Below are positions 25,392-38,450 of a DNA stretch of 64,000 nt, piece after piece. Source of the DNA: Lama guanicoe (Eukaryota); the NCBI GenBank assembly GCA_013239625.1, contig MU054323.1, forward strand, positions 13,065,950 through 13,129,949, in the 5' to 3' direction. Below the pieces are notes generated by a model that saw only the letters and a program-made list of their open reading frames with translations, made no database searches and was not told the origin of the DNA. Both the position numbers and the translations under genes were made by a program. Within the stretch, counting starts at the first letter, position 1, and every line of letters begins with the position of its first letter.

Positions 25392-28300
25392 GGGCATTAC
25401 CAGGGACCCAGTCTTGTCCTGGTGGTCTTCTCTGCTACTTACGAGTGAGCTGTGATCAGAAGGGATAGTAAATAATCATCAACATACTCCAGCAGAAACA
25501 GCCGTTGTGACTCTTATAAGTGTTATATCTAAACACTTTACATAAATTTAAGGCCAAAATGTGGCCTCCCTTGTTCTCTGAAATCTTGGGATCAGCATGC
25601 TCCAGCACTTGTGGCAGATGCAAGGGGGGAAACCAAGAGATCTAGAGCCTAGAGACGGCCAGGCACCAGGAGGGGCCGGCTCTCCTTAGCCCTTAGCCTC
25701 ATGGCACGAGGGACTGAAAACTCAGCACCACTTTTGACATACTGTGGGCCCACCCACTAGACAGAGTGGCCCGTGGACTCTGGTTGCGGCTCTCCTGGGG
25801 GGGGGGTTAGGACGGGGTGGGGAGAGGGCTAGGGGTGCCCCTCCCTCAACAGTTAAGGCTGGGGCCCTTGAGCCCAATAAAGTGTTTCCCGTGTGATTAT
25901 TCTTCTACATTGAAATACATTTGTGCCTTGGAAATTGAATTAATTAGTTGTCAGAAGACTTGCTGCAAATTGACAGTAGAGCTGGGATTGCAACGCGAAT
26001 CCACTGATAAGCAGCTGGAACAGAGTGCAGTTTGGCTGACACGTGGGACCCGTGAGCATTAGGCCTGGCCTGCGTGGTTGATGCTGAACACGAGAATGAT
26101 TTTTAGGGCTTGACTTTGGGTGTCGCACAGAGTGAAATAAAAATTCCTGTCTCCATTTGGATCTGCCTGGCGTTCCATAGATACTGCCCATGACCCCTTC
26201 CCAGGTGCCTCTGGGCTTGCACTAAATCCTCTTTCCTTGTTTTCCTTGGCTTAAGCCCTTGTTTATGTTTGAGCAAAGTGTAGACTAAATTATAAGACTA
26301 AATGTTTATAGCAGTTTTCTGCTCTCGAGTTGCCTGGGTTCAGAATGAAGAACCTGTAAGATGTGAGTCCTGTGTGAGGGAGGTGACACGAACACCTCAC
26401 ATACAAGAGCGGCATGAGTAAGCGATAACAAGCGGAGTGAGGTAACGTGTATGATCAGTGTGCCTCGAGCTAGTATGTTTTCAGTGACGTTCTCGAGGTT
26501 GAGTGTATTTTTTACCTTTTTATCTGTTCCTTAAATGTACTAGAGATGACCTAGCAGAAATAGCTGATCCTAGGGTGCCAGAGACAAGAACTTCTCAGTG
26601 GAAAGAATGCCCATTAACCACGATGGCGGAGAGAAACCCTTGATTGGCTAATCCTGGAAAAAATGTCTGTCATTTTTCAGGACTGTAGTTTTTGGACAAG
26701 ATGCTAATGTGTTTATGCAGGATAGCAGGAGGAACCAGAAAGACAGGGTAAAACTAAGTAGTGGATTGGAAAGTGTTCCTGTTCCCATTAGAGTTAGGGG
26801 ACTTTTCCAGGAGTGAGACGGAAAGGCTCTGACTGTCCCCTGGATGCCAACTGCTGGGGACTTGATGAACTATGAAATCTAGTTCACAGCTAGAGGGATC
26901 TTTTCAAAATGTGAGTCTTGTCATGTCTTGCTGTGCATGAGAGCCTCACTGGCTTCTCTGTGCTCTGAGGATAAAGATTAGTTCTCTACTCCTAGATGGT
27001 CAGACTCCATGGGCTCACACAACCTGTCACCATGTCACAGGCAGCCCCTTGACTCTGCCCTGCTCCTTCCTGACATATTTTCTCTGCCTGCAGCCGTGTG
27101 TGCACGTACATACATGTTCCATTTCCCTGTTAACACCTGCTCAGTCACTGGTCTCCGTTTCCTCAGGAAAGCATTCCCCGATACCTCCCTTCCTCCCTGA
27201 AAGATGCTGTCCCAGCACCATGTTCCCCCACCTCCTCCCTTCATAGTGTTCATGTCAATTTGTGTGGTTTCCTCTACTAGACATGGTGCTTACGTGGTGG
27301 ACAAATAAATGTAGATGTTATGACTGCTCTGAATCGGAAGGTCTGACCACAAAAATGCAGATATCAGCCCGTCTTCTAAGCTGCCTCAGTTTCCCCAGAG
27401 TAATCAGAAAAGACGAGTTCAATGAGTCACTGATCCGAGAAGGCAGAAGCTCACGCGGTCCTCCCACACGCTGTTTCAGGACAGTAGTTCAGCCCCGGCG
27501 TCTTGTTCTTCTGTAGTACCCGTAGGTGATGATGGGGCCTGTGTCCTGTATATCTCTGGATGCTAACAGGAATTTCCATTGATCAGACTCCATTTAGTTC
27601 TCTGGATATTATCTTCTTGACATCGCAATGCCAAGTGTTCTTGCTCCTTGCACTTCCTAGAATGCCTGTAATAGACATAGGGCACGTTAACAAACAGGAA
27701 AAGTGACAGCAGAGGCCAGGCAGCCACTCTCTTGGGAAAATTACTGAAACTGACACTATAAATCAAGTTTACGAGCTTGACTTTCCTAGGACTCATGAGT
27801 ATTTAATTAAATATTAATTGCTTTGAACTTTGACGTAAGATTGGCTCGACTCTCATAGAAAGCAAACAGGGACATTCAGGCAGACTTTATTTTTCACTTA
27901 GAGTTCATTTGATTCCAAAGTGATGTGATTCATGGAGTTAACTCTTAACAAAACACAGAAGAAATATTTTATCAATATCAGTATCTTTGAATAGAATGAA
28001 TCCTGGGTACTTGTACCTTTTGAAAGCTATTTGAACATCATGGAAAATAGAACAAGAATGTATTAGTTAGGCTTTTTTTTTTCTTTCAATCTTCCAAAAT
28101 TTTCAAGTAGTGCAGTGCAGACCACAATGTTCTATAACTTGAAGGGGCAAATGCCTTACCCAGAGTCACAGGGAAATGCAGCCGCTGAGCTGTGCCTTGA
28201 ATCTGACCTCTTAGTCCATGTTCCCCTTGTCTTTTATGTGCTGGAGCCTGACTCTCTGCACCGAAATACAAAAAAAAAAAAAAATATTTGCACAGTATTT

Positions 28301-28624
28301 TTGAAGCCCAAAATATAGATACAAAGGATGGAGGAGTGAAAAATTTTTGTCATTGCATGGATCCTCAAGCAAACCACTCTTGTTTGACAAGTTGTTTATT
28401 TTCAAAACAATCAAGAGTCATTTAGTTCAAAATGTATTTTGTCTCATGGGGAAAATGTGACCATTATTTCATTCTAATAAGTCACCAGTGGAGAAGCTGT
28501 TCCTAAATCTTGAAAAATTAGCTAGCCTGTCTGCCATAGATACAGAAATTATTTTTAAAAATTCTCATTTTAGGGCTTTCTTGACATAGACATCACTTTC
28601 ATTGCTTTACAGCACTGCCTTTAA

Positions 28625-28648
28625 TTTTTTTTTTTTTTTTTTTTTTTT
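28625..28648 (+). repeat. Poly(T)24 tract
   Basis: Direct reading. Confidence 0.9.
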
Positions 28649-31600
28649 CCTAATGTTGGTGTTTTGCCAAGTGCTGGTATTTGGAGATTTGATGGACAGA
28701 ATCTAAAGTGAGACATCATTCTTAATTTGTTCAAAGCCTCTTTATGCAGCAGCTAATCCTTCCTAATTGTATTCCTAGGAAGGATGTTCTTAACTCAAAC
28801 AGGAAGAGGACAGACATTTTGAGGAGATTAGGATGCACTTTACTTTGAAAAAAGAAATTTGAAAGGAAGTGCTCTCTCCCATTTCTCATTCTGTGGGAAC
28901 AAATAACCATTTTTCTCCTTGGTCCTTTTTGGGACTCTCTTTCTCTTTCTGTTTCTCTTCCATTCCTGTGGCTTCTCTTTATCTCCTGGTTTAAGAAGCT
29001 ATTTGAAGGAGGGGGGAAAATGCTTAAAAAAATCCATTTCCATGTATAAGGCAGGCATTTCACAACTAAATTGGCTTAATGTCTTGGAAGGGGACCTGGG
29101 AATCTAAATAGTTGGAAAATTGAGTATGCATACATGAGAAATACTTTATGTAAGGTTGAAACATTTTGCAGTCTCCTTGGGTAATTTCTTTGTTGCTGTA
29201 TTGTTTTGTAGTCATTTAACGTAGTGATTTTTATGTGGAAGTGTATATGTTGGTCAGTGACATATGTATATTAGATCATTTCAGATCCTTAATATTTTGA
29301 AAAGAATAAGTGTGGCCACTGTCAAATAAGACTTTGATAAATAAATGATAGTCTGGAAAGTCTTAGTGGTTTTGAATATCCCTATGAAGTGTGATTTTAT
29401 CACATGCTCACAGAATCAATTTGTTTTCCTTGGTTTTTTATATTGGGGTTGAGTATTTTCCACATGTTTATTAGCCCTTTGCATTTTTATGTGACTAATC
29501 TATTTACAGTCTTTACCTCATTTAAATCACATGTAATTCATATTACATGTTCTTATAATTGTGTTTTCTAATTTGTAAGAGCTCGTTTCCTGTTAAAGAT
29601 CCTTTTGTTGAACATTTCAAGAACTCTCAAAGAACTCTCAAATTCCTTGAATGCAAAGAATGTTACTAGTATTTATTGAACTTTTTTATCCCCCAGTTTG
29701 AAAGAAATTTCTTAAATTGGATTTTTGAAAATTTTCACTTGTGCATGAGGACAAGAATACAATCTGTGATTCGTTGGGTAATTTATTTCAGAATTCTTGT
29801 GTCCTATGGGAGACTTGTTGATTGACACAGACACATACCTGTAGGTACAACTGAATCATCTATAACTTTCTAAGCCTAACTAGTTGTCAGACATTTCGAG
29901 CTGGTTGCCATATCCCAGGCTCATCTTAATGAAGATAGAAGCTCTGTTCTCACTTCCACAATACAAACTTCCAGTTTATTGTGGTTGATTCCTTCAGTCT
30001 GTCAACACACGTTTATTCCAACCATGTGCCACATGCTGTTCTAGGCAGTCTGGTTGGAGGGATCAGGCTAACATGTCTGACAAATAGTTGTTAGTATAGG
30101 ATAATACCCAGTTGACTGGTAGATTATGTGGAATCTGTTATAAATTCGAGTGAAGAATAAGGAAGGGGCCACCAGTGTGGACTGGAGTAAAGGAAAACAC
30201 ACCAGGATCTGGAGGACTTAGAACAGTGGAGGGGAGGCTGGCCTTTAAGTAAAGGATGTAACAAGATGGGAAGGTACAGTGGGAATGAGTCTCTGGTTTC
30301 CACAGGACACGCAGGAGATGGATCTATTCAGAGGGAATTGAAGAACAGTAGGAAATGAGACTGGGGGGGTAGATCCAGATGATGGAAGGCTTGACCGTTG
30401 GGGAGAGGATTGTAGAGTGAGAGAAATGGAGAGATCCCACTGAAGAAGTATGTAAGACTTCCCTGTGGGAGCCAGGTCAGGTAGGGTGCTGTGAGCATGT
30501 GAGGGGGAGGCCCAGGTTGCTGGGCCGGTGAGTGAAGCCGCCTTGCAGACTGTGTACCTCTCACAGTAACTTGAGAGCGAATCTAGTATTCTTTAAAATA
30601 GAAGGAATAAAGACTACCAGTCAAGAAAACATTTCCCTTGGACCCAGGCTAAGGAATTACATATTTGTTTCTCTCTCTAGATACGGGAAATCAAATGGTG
30701 TGTGATCTTACCCACCTGAAGGGTGGGAAAAGGCAGGGCCCTTTAAAAGCTTCCTTCTCCTTATTCCACTCTGTCCCTGGATTCAAATTCACCCACCCCT
30801 AATCACAATCAGATTCCGTTTCCTTCTGTGTGAATCAACCAACACTCTTCAAAACATATTTGGGGACAGTTCATCATGCTCTGTAGAAAAATCAAGGTTT
30901 CTTTTTCTTTTTTTCTTCAAATGTTCATCAGACTCTGATTTTCTATCTTTTGTTAACTCGACAGTTATTGACATAACCATCCATGTTATCTCAGCGGCTT
31001 CCAGCATATATCGCTGTGCATCCTCTCTGGTTTTCGTGCTGTTAGGAGTAATCAGCTGACCTATGTTCTTCCTCTGCTAGGCGTGAAATCTCACATCTTT
31101 CATGACATCTCTACTGATGAGCTTGGATAGTCGCACGTGCTCACACACAGGTGTACACGTAATCACAACATGTACTCACAACACCTGTGTGTTGATGGGC
31201 TCTCAGTATCCTAGTCGGTTCACGTTAGCTAGTTTCTAGTTGGATTGTGTTCTCGGTTATTACTTAATAAAAAGAATTAAAGTGTGCCGCAATTGAATTA
31301 TTACTTATTGTGTGATGTTAAATAATGAAGAATGAAATTTTGACTTCACTTACGTTCGCTGTTTAATTTAGCTGTTGAGGCCTAGGATTGCTAGGAAAGT
31401 TTTTATGATTGGCCTTGTGAAGTCTCCATCCAGCAACATGCTGCTTAAGCTGTATATGCTATGTTAATGGTGGTATTGTCTTTCACAGAAACAGACTTTC
31501 CAAACCCAGTGAGGAAATACTGCACTTCTTTTTAAAAAACTTATGTGTATCACCTTTATCTTCAGATTAATTTAGATGTTCTTAAAAAAATAAGGATTTG

Positions 31601-34600
31601 ATCAAATCTCCATTAGGAATTCTTTGGCAAGAAACCAAAAGGAAGTGATCTGGGGCTTTGACTCTCACTGATTTACTGAGGACTTAATACAGGCCAGGGA
31701 TTGTGCTGGCGGCTAAAGTAAATATTCTTTAATTTCAGTGAATAATCCATATCTGTTAGGTTTTTTCCCCTCCCTTTCTATTATTTCTAGTATGAGGAGT
31801 TAAAATTTTTTGTTTTTAGTAAAGAACTATATTTTCATAGGACAAAGTGTATGAAATGCCGTCTCTCTGTTGGTATTAAATGAAGTATCTGACCTGTTCT
31901 GTGAAAGTCCAGTTCTGGTGTTAACGGGTCTGAAATCAATTAAATGATTAGCTTGCTGTTACATCAGGCAAGGCAACCCCTCTGACTAGTACACATAGTC
32001 CCGGGGGGAGATCTAACTAGCCTTTCAAACTCAAACCACTTCAGGTGGACAGTGAAATGCAACTGGGAAAAGAGGTTTCTGCCTGATTGGAAGCACCGAG
32101 CAACAGCAGTGCATGAGATAGTAGTTCCTGTAGAGTTTTTGAAGAAAAGGGTAAGCTAACCACGGGGGAAGGAAAAAAAGCAGGGGGGTTGCATCTTGTG
32201 TGTGCGTGATACTTCCCAGGAACAGCAGAATCTGAATGCTAACTGGCTTCAGCTGCACAGGCTTCTTTTGTATGGAGACGCTGCCTCTAGTGTTTCGGGA
32301 AAAATGCACACTGGAAAATAGTGCAACATTATGGTGCCATCTATCTTGAAAATGAATTATTTTTTATTGTGTGCTTTAAAGTAGTTCCCAGACAACCGGA
32401 AAACTTCAGCGAGTGTGGGTGCTATTTTGCATATGGACAAGTTCCGCAGGCAGAAACCTTCAAAGCTGAATTTCAGAGGGGCCTCAGGAGTTACCCATGT
32501 GGTGTGATGGGGCTGCTTCTCATAAAGCTCCCAAGCTTCCTGGGCGCAAGGCGAGCATGTGGAGGAGTCCTTGGGCTTGTGAAAGGTTATCAGGATGGTG
32601 CTCTCTCGCCCTCTTTCTCCCTGCCTCTCTCTTTCTAAGGTGTTATTTTTCCCCTAAATTTGCAGTTTCACGTCTCCCTTAGAGTGCTTTGCTGTTTTTT
32701 TGTTTGTTTGTTTGAGGGGATGACAGGTCATGGATACACAGATCTACAGAGTTAGAAGAAAGAGGTAAAATTTGAAGATCTATTGTCTTAAAAAAAGATC
32801 TAAAGTGCTTTCACGACTCATTTTCTTAGAATAAATTCAAATGAAAAAATACTGGGAATATTTTAACCTATGAAAATGCTTACCAAAATTAATATAATTA
32901 AGGTACATAAGAGTTTATAAATGTTTAGAGTTTGACAAAGCAATGGTGAAACCTTGGAGGTGAGTTTTTCTTCAAAAAGCAGCCAGGCTGCTACCTAAAA
33001 TTTTGTAACATAAATGTTTATAAACTTCAGTTAAACCATTAATATTTGGATTTTAAAGCCTACATGGATCAGAAAATGGATTTAGTATTCCATATCCTTT
33101 AGAATGATGACAGGCCAGGGGAGCCTAGGACAATGCTGGCACGTTTTCAAAGGAATTCTTCCCTGGTCTGGATACTATAATAAACACAACTGCAGTTTGG
33201 GTCGATTTATTATATACACAACATGTATGATAGTTTGGAAGTTGGAGTTTTTTGTTTTTGTTTTAAGTACACTGGTTATAGCTGGTTTTGTAAAGGGTTT
33301 GACATAGCATCTGGTTAAAAACGGGCTGGCATTCTTTGAAAAAAAAAATACTGAGAATTTATACAGAAAATGCAAGCATCCATATCAGTCAATTCATAAA
33401 AGGGTTCAAGTTGAAAAATGTGGATACAATTTGAACTTTTACGATTATGCCATTGGGCAGCAGGTGGCAAGCTTTGCTTTTCAGTGAACTTGAGTTTTAT
33501 TTTTATGCCATGGAATGCCAAAATTTGAAGAGGGTGGTTGGAGTCCACTGGAATATGTCGTTTCTTGGCAGTGCGACCTCGAACCACCTCCTTCGCTCGT
33601 CGTGCATAATTACCTTTCTTTGGATGCTGAGCCCTCAGGTTCCCTTATTGCAGATGGATAGGAATTAATCCGTATGAGTGATGCTTTATTCTCTCGTGAT
33701 TTTAGCAGCACGTTGCTAATGGAGAAAATAAATTAGAAACAAGTGAGTTTCTTAGGGCAGTCCCTGTATGATTTATAAGAGATTATGTTGTACAGTTTTA
33801 TTTAATACTGAGGTTTTACATATGTGACCTTCTGGGTTTTTTGCTTTCACTTTTTTTTTTAAAATAGCACTTCTTACTGGCTAGATACCTTGATATGGAG
33901 GTGTGAGAAGTAATTAAATCTGAACAGAGTTTTGTGAAAGTATTTTTGGAAAACTGGAGAAGAAAAGGACATTTGGAGACCAGAATTGAAAACCATTACC
34001 TTCCCTTAGGCTAGTCTGTGTGTTTAGTTAGGATTTGGATTTCAAGTCTAGAAAAAAGACTAAGCTTAAAGATGGGAGTGACGGTGAAGTGGGCACCAAA
34101 TTATAGGCTGTGCTTTCTATAAAAGAAAAAATTCTTTTTCGGTTTTATGCGTTGTGAAAAATTTGGAGAATAGAATGAAGCATACGAATCACTGTAAACA
34201 GTTAATAGTCCATAAATATTCAACACCTGCTAAGTACTTAAATATTTTTCTAGGCCTTTTGTTAGAATTGGGTTCATATGTGCTGTATTTTATGTTCATA
34301 ATTTTTTATGTTCTCAACTTTTTTCCTCTTCCAGCTCTGCAGTTTTACTTGCTAGGAATCATATTTACAAAATATAGTGTATTACGGTTTCTAAAGGGTA
34401 ATAATGAAAATCCAAAATGCTCATACCCTTTGTCTAACCAGGTCAAACACTGTCATCATCTTAGAGGCACACTTCCGGGTCCCCGTACCCTCTCCCTCCC
34501 CCAGCATAATGTGTATTAATCATTGCCTGCTTTGCTTGATAGCTCTACTGGGTATTTTGGTACTTCTGAACGTTGTCACTTCAGTAGCCAGTTTTTGACT

Positions 34601-34659
34601 TTTAAATAGATTATTGGTGTTCTTGTGATGCTAGCTTGTCTTGCCCAGTTATTCCTACC

Positions 34660-34832
34660 CTTAGCTCCTCTCAAACTCGAGTCCATCAGATTCACCTGCA
34701 GGCCTTGGAAGACTGGCTCGCTGGGCCCCGCCTCAGCGTGAGTCATGCAGCGGGTCTGGGGAGGAGAGTTTGCCTGGTTAACAACCTTGCAGGTGATGCT
34801 GGTGCCTCTGGGTCGCGTCCTGAGAGCCACTG
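34660..34832. mobile_element. MER5A-like hAT MITE
   Basis: tctcaaactcgagtccatcagattcacctg...caggtgatgctggtgcctctgg...tgagagccactg. Confidence 0.7.
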
Positions 34833-34889
34833 ATTGTCCTGATGCTTCATAGCTGGGCTTCATCTGTCTTCCCTTTCTTTACTGTCCCC

Positions 34890-37800
34890 TTATGTGAATA
34901 GACCTCAGTTTACACGTCTGTTCTCCTGGTGATGGGCATTTGGGTTGCTCCTAGCTTTTTGCTGTTCCAGCAATTTTGTGATTAGCATTTTTGTGTCAGT
35001 CTTGTGTCAAATAATAGATCTCTTTAGAATGGAATAAGGAAACGTTCAAGTGTTTTACTTGTATGTAAGGATAAGTTTTATTGCATGAAATTTTTGTTTT
35101 AGAAAGTTTTTTCACACACACTTTTTTTTTTTAACAGTGAGCTCTTGTCATAGGAGTTTAAAACTACTCATCTAGGGTAATTAAATTGAGTGTTATCTTG
35201 TTTAAGAAAGCCTTCCCGATCCCATTGTTCAAGATGTTTTTCTTCACATTCTAAAAGCTTTTCCATTCACTTTCGTTGAGTGCACCTGGAATTGATTTTG
35301 GAGTATGGTGTGATTTTATGTATTTTCCATATGGGTGACTTACTGTCTTAGCACTGTTTACTGACAAACCCCATTCTCACCCCTCTACCCCAGAACTGTG
35401 ATACCTATTTGTTGTAAGCAAATTTTAAATGCATGTAAGTCTGTTTCTGGACCCTCTGTCCAGTTGTCTTGGTCTCTATCCTTGAGTCAATACATGAAAT
35501 ACTGCACTTGTATAGTTAAGTCTCGGTGGCCTTCCCTCTTTGTTGCTCAGCTGCATTTCCTTGTAACAGTAAAATCAGTTTGTCACACCTTTTTCTAAAA
35601 ACTTGGCTGGAACTTTGATTATTGCATTGAGTCAGTATATAATTTTGTGATGAATATGTGTCTTTTTTATATTAACTCTTCATATCCATAAATATGTCCC
35701 TCTGTTTCGGTCTTTCATGTCTTAACACATTATTACAACTCTCTTGAACTCTCTTCATGAAGATCTTGCACATCTTCTGTGAGATCTATTGACCTAATAT
35801 TCCTGATTGCTATGGTAATGGCATTCTTCCTTAAAATGTTATTTTCTAACATGTTTTCATACAGAAATGAGGTTGCATATTTTTGGTACACTGAAACTTT
35901 GCTCAACCTGCTTTTTAATTCTGGTGCATTGTCTGATTCTTCAGGGTTTTCTACAGAACATTATATCAGGAGAGATTATTTTTCTGATCTTCACATCTAA
36001 GTTTTGCGCCTTAGTGCGTTGGCTGGGGCCTCCAGTTCATTGCCAGGCAGGAGGGGTGATAGTTTGGTTCCTTACTCTGAGGAGAGTTCTCTCAGCCTTT
36101 AATCATGGAGCACATTTGCTGTAGGTTTTTTGTAGTTACCCTTTATCAAGTTAAAAGAGATCCCTTGTATTGCTAGAATGCCAGGACTGTTACAGATGTT
36201 GAATTGGATCATTTGATTTGATCATAAGGTTTCCTTTTGTCTTTAATGTGGGGAATTATATTAAAAGATTTGCTCATGTTGGAACAACCTTGCATTCGTA
36301 TAATAAACTTCACTCGGCTGTGATGTCTTTTTTAATCTTCCAGCGCTTTCAGTTTGCAGCTGTGTTCATGAACGAGTCTGGTGCTTTCTTGTGCTGTTTT
36401 GATAGGATTTGGGTGTGAAGGTGGTGTTAGCATAGTAGAATGAGCTGCGGGGCGTTCTTTTCAGTCCTTCCTTGAGAAAGTTTTGTGTAAGATTGGATGT
36501 TTGGTAGGACTCACTTGTAAAATTATTTGTGAATTTTCCATGTAAGGTGGTCTAACTTTTGTTGTGTCATTTTGTACTTATTACTTGTACTTAATTTTTC
36601 TTTTTTGTTCTTTTTTGGATTGATTCAGGTTTTTGGCCCCCCCCTTCTCCTATTCCTTCCCTCCCTCCCCACAAACTACTTCGGATTTTTTCTTCCATTT
36701 CTATTCTCAGTGATTAGCCTAGATGTTTACCCAAATAAACATGTGTATTTAAATTAACAAAGGCAAAAGATATTTAGTATATTTACCCTCCTACCAAACA
36801 GCAGAAGGTCTTAGGACACTTAAACTTGGATCACTCCCTCCAGAGTTCTGTACTGTTCTTTTTCAATATTTTAATTAAAAAAAACTTCAATCCTACAAAT
36901 TAAAAATTGTATCATTGCTTTATAGAATTAATGGTTATTTGCATCTTCCCACATATTTACCCTTCAAAAAAAGTTGTTGCTGCTCACCATTCTTACTTGC
37001 ATTTTAGATGGTCTCTTTGGGACAATTTTTCTCGAAGTGCCACATCTAGAAATTCCTGTGGTGAGGGTCTTTATTTCATTGACTTTTTCTGGGTGTACAG
37101 TTGTAGCTTGACTGTTATTATTTTTTGTAAGCATTTGGAAGCCACTGCTCCATGGTCTTCTGATTTTGCTGGTTAATTGTTGATAAATCAGCTGATGGTT
37201 GGTCTGATTTTTGTTCCTTTCTAGGTTATCTCTCTTTGCTGTTTGGATTTAAAAATTTTGCCTTGTTTGGGATTTATTGTGATGTGAGTATTCATGTTTC
37301 TACCTTTTGGAAGATTCTTTGTCACTTTTCTCTTTGATTGTTGCCTCTCCCCAGTTCTTGTTTTACAAGTGTGGTTAGACATCTGTTATACCCTCTTTCT
37401 CTCTCAGTTTCTCTCTCATATTCTTCCTTGCCTCCCTGATGCATACAGGGCAGTTTCTTCCAGCTTCCAAATTATGTATTGAGGTCTGTTATACCTGCTG
37501 TCATTTTGGGGTTACCCATTTCAAATGTTACATGTTATTTATATTTATAAGTTCTATTTGGATTTTTCTCATGCCTCCCTAGTCTATAATAACAATCTTT
37601 TATCACTTAATTGTAATTTCAGTGTCATCTTTATTTACACATATTCAATAGGCTGGAATTGTAAGATTCAAATATAATCTGCAGTTGTTAATTGAGGCTG
37701 CAGTGTGCTGCTTCTGCTGATTCTGGCTTGTTTCCTTGTACATTTTGTGATTTCTGATTGTGGGTGAATGTTCACTGGAATTTTGTTTCTAGAATTCCTC

Positions 37801-38450
37801 CAGATCCAGTTTTATGTTCCTACAGAGGGCGTTTTGTGTTTGCTTTTAACAAGTGCCTGGGGCACTGCCCATCCCGGCCAACTTTTAAATTAAATAAACC
37901 GGAGTTGCTATTGTTCTGGTCACTCAGGTTTTGTTTCTTTTTTTTTCCTTCTTCTTCCTTCTGTTTTCTTTCTTCAGGTATTTTTCTTATTTGACTGCCA
38001 AACCTGCCCAAAGGTGAACTAAAGGATTCTTACCCAAGATTATTTTTGTTACTGTAACTTCATGTTCACCCAAAGCCCAGGCTGAGACAGGCACATACCT
38101 ACATGGTCTCTCTCCTTAGGGAGTTTTCTTTGGGTCACCTACTGAAGTGTTGCTGTGTGGTCTTGCATGGGACCTCTTACCTTGTACAGCTACCGGGTTC
38201 GTCCCTGAGCCCCATACAGCACGTTAAAACCTGTCATCGAGACATCCAGAAATGGCACATGCCCTCCAGGGCAAATTCCTATTGTGGTGCCAACTCATTT
38301 CCTTGGATTCAGGCTCTCTAGTTGTCTGGCCTCTGAGAGTTTCTCTTACTCTGCTGCCAGCTCGCCCATATTTGGGGATTCCGTCCAGCAGTTGCAGTCG
38401 TTTGATACTGGCAGATTTTCTCTGGACCTCTAACCCTCTGTTCTGCCCCC
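34890..38450 (-). mobile_element. Very old, fragmented L1 (L1M-type)
   Basis: Long T-rich tract with antisense L1-like motifs (gatgggcatttgggttg, ggaattgattttggagtatggtgtga, aaccttgcattcgtataataaacttcactcgg). No intact ORF. Confidence 0.6.

Noticed and set aside
29619..29641. 11 bp tandem duplication aagaactctca x2
   Set aside because: Ordinary slippage duplication with only two copies.
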